This document shows, in pieces, positions 51,246 to 64,000 of a stretch of 64,000 nt of DNA (the stretch's first letter is position 1; each line of letters starts with the position of its first letter). Both the position numbers and the translations under genes were made by a program. The notes under the pieces are model-generated. The model had not been told where the DNA came from. It saw only the letters and a program-made list of their open reading frames with translations, and did not search any database. Source of the stretch: Paragordius varius (Eukaryota > Animalia > Nematomorpha); the NCBI GenBank assembly GCA_964247055.1, contig OZ176054.1:9548001-9612000 (forward strand), in the 5' to 3' direction.

Positions 51246-52493
51246 AGATATTGCTATGCGAGCGATATATGGTTATGTGATATGATATGATATACACTAC
51301 CCCCGAAATCGGGTGGGGGTTAATATATATTCTGATAGGATATTGTATCAGGATTATTATGGTGCTTTTTCGGTCGTTAGTAATATAAGTAAATTAGATG
51401 CTAAAATGGCAAAATATGCGTATTTTGCTCAAAATATTTTGAAAGCTAAATGCTTCATTCAAAATATAACCAAAATATATAATAAACTGCATATAAAAAG
51501 CAAAGCAAAATTTTTAAAAGATTTTAATATTTAAATTTGGTTTCGGAAACCCAAACTTTTTGGCTCTTCTATATTGGGTAAACACAAAAATGCCAAGATA
51601 GAGAGATAAAATTTCATATATAGGCTGAATTTTGATATCAACCGAAAATTTCAAAAATTTATTTTTATCTAATTCGATTTTTAGCAAAACATTGTTTCAC
51701 GTATTTTATACTATTTTGTGGCATGGTGAAAATGGTATAAAAATGTTAAAAGATATAAAAACACTCATTTTAAAGGAATCGATGACGCTGAACGAATCTT
51801 TTTCATAAATGTTAACATAACGGTCAAATGTTTTTAAATTTTAGTAAATTAGTGTAAAAAAAACAATTCATATTTAATATTTAATTAAAGACAACAAAAA
51901 TTCTAATTAATATTTTAATGTTAAGAATAAAGATAGGCTTTCGCCAAAAACTTAACATATCGTGAGCTAAATTTACAAATTTTTGATATGGACAAGTTAC
52001 CAAAAAATCGGAATAACTTTATCGTCTCAATCATAAACCGGAAAACTTAAAATTTTGTATAATCTTGTTTCTTTTTTTTCTTAAGTGCACTATGTGTGTA
52101 GAAAAATATGCGAGCCGTTCGACTGCAGAACAAAAAAATTGACCTTTACAAAACTTAAAATATAAGTTGTATTTAACAACTCATATAAATTTTAAGATTA
52201 TGGTAAATAGGTACAATTATTAGTTTAGGTTTTTATATAAGCTTTTACTTGGTTTACATAGATTCAAAACTTGTGTTTTTTATTTGCAACTTAAATATGC
52301 ACATATAAATTATATTTGAATTTTTTAAAAATGATACTAATATATTCTATATTAACATAAATGATGAATCAATTGTACATATTTATTCATCGTAACAAAT
52401 TTTTGATTTTTTATTGCAATATTTAGGATATAAAAATATTTTCACTTTTATTGTGATTATTTACGAAATAAATATTAACAAACTAGCTCTAAA

Positions 52494-53028
52494 ATGGGTC
52501 GTATCCGAAACAAAGTTATCAAAAAAGCATCTCGTGAAATAATAGAGAAATTTTATTCGAAACTTGGAACTGATTTTCACACCAACAAGAAAATATGTGA
52601 AGAAGTTGCAATCATGTCAACAAAGAAACTAAGAAATCAAACGGCTGGGTATACTAGGATTTACAAATGATGAATAATTGACTTTCGTTCTACTGAAATA
52701 ACGATGATAAAATAGATCTGAAAATTTTTATAATTTTTAATGTTGTATTATTTACTTTTAAATATATTTTTACTAGGTATGTAACACATTTGATGAAGAG
52801 AATAAAAAAGGGACCAGTCCGCGGAATATCACTTAAGTTACAAGAAGAAGAAAGAGAAAGGCATGATAATTATGTCCCAGAAGTATTATTTTTGTAAAAG
52901 TTTAGGTTTCCGAAATTAAAGTCAATGAAATTGAAATCGACACAGAAACTAGAGATATGCTCAAATCTCTTGATTTTGATAAATTGCCTGTTAGAGTGAT
53001 ACAAATTCAACCATTTGGCTACAAATAA
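52494..53028 (+). CDS. RPS17: 40S ribosomal protein S17 (eS17)
   Basis: Exons 52494-52648, 52777-52882, 52906-53028: [21 protein letters not shown]...LRNQTAG|YVTHLMKRI...[24 protein letters not shown]|VSE... Confidence 0.97.
52663..52725 (+). ncRNA. Box C/D snoRNA, U59/SNORD59/snR54-type (guides 18S rRNA 2'-O-methylation)
   Basis: C box ATGATGA 52667-52673, guide TGACTTTCGTTCT 52679-52691, D' CTGA 52693-52696, C'-like GATGATA 52703-52709, D CTGA 52718-52721. The guide is complementary to the conserved 18S sequence AGAACGAAAGUC. Lies in RPS17 intron 1. Confidence 0.85.
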
Positions 53029-53482
53029 TTTATAATATAATAAATGAATAAATTAAACATTTCTATATATTTAATATACATTAATGTTTTGATCTTAACT
53101 GCTGGTACCTTATAAGTGTTTGGCTGACTTAGCTGTAGATGAATCATTTGTGAGATTTGCTTCATAAATTAATTGATTTTGGTGTTCTTATCAAAAACTA
53201 TTCTAGGTCATTTTAATGAAGGCTCGCAATGGAAAACTTGTTTTATTAATAGGATATGCAAACAAGCCTACGAATAAAAACTCCTTGTTTACGGCTAAAA
53301 TAAATCATTTTGTTATAAAAAAAACCAATCCGTTATTTACCATTACAATTATGGGTTATGTTAAGTTTGCAGTCTAACAAAAAATTTTATGCATGAATTT
53401 TTTTATATCACGTGATCTAATCCATTATCTTACCTATCTCCACTCTTAGGAGTTTTGTTATTTTTCTTTTTTGATATCTTTT

Positions 53483-64000
<10,518 letters not shown>

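Overview
Very AT-rich (about 25% GC by eye) animal genomic DNA, probably a protostome judging from an AKH/ACP/GnRH-type receptor. It is not prokaryotic, and most short ORFs in the supplied track are exons or noise. Spliced genes rebuilt by hand: RBM8A/Y14 (+), a BACK-domain protein (-), METTL13 (-), COA8/APOPT1 (+), a GnRH-superfamily GPCR (-), RPS17 (+) with an intronic U59/snR54-type C/D snoRNA, and KDM5/lid (+, runs off the window end). The most striking property is a bimodal intron set: ten GT-AG introns of only 22-26 nt, each needed to keep a conserved reading frame, alongside kilobase introns full of transposons. METTL13, COA8 and the GPCR lie only 30 and 36 nt apart. Mobile DNA includes Chapaev3-type CAC...GTG MITEs, a Chapaev3 transposase remnant with about 730-bp inverted arms and its own 23- and 26-nt introns, non-autonomous Helitrons, a decayed RTE-like LINE with a PHD finger in its RT, and a hAT/hAT/Ty3-Gypsy nest. 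All homology calls come from recalled family motifs; no database search was run.
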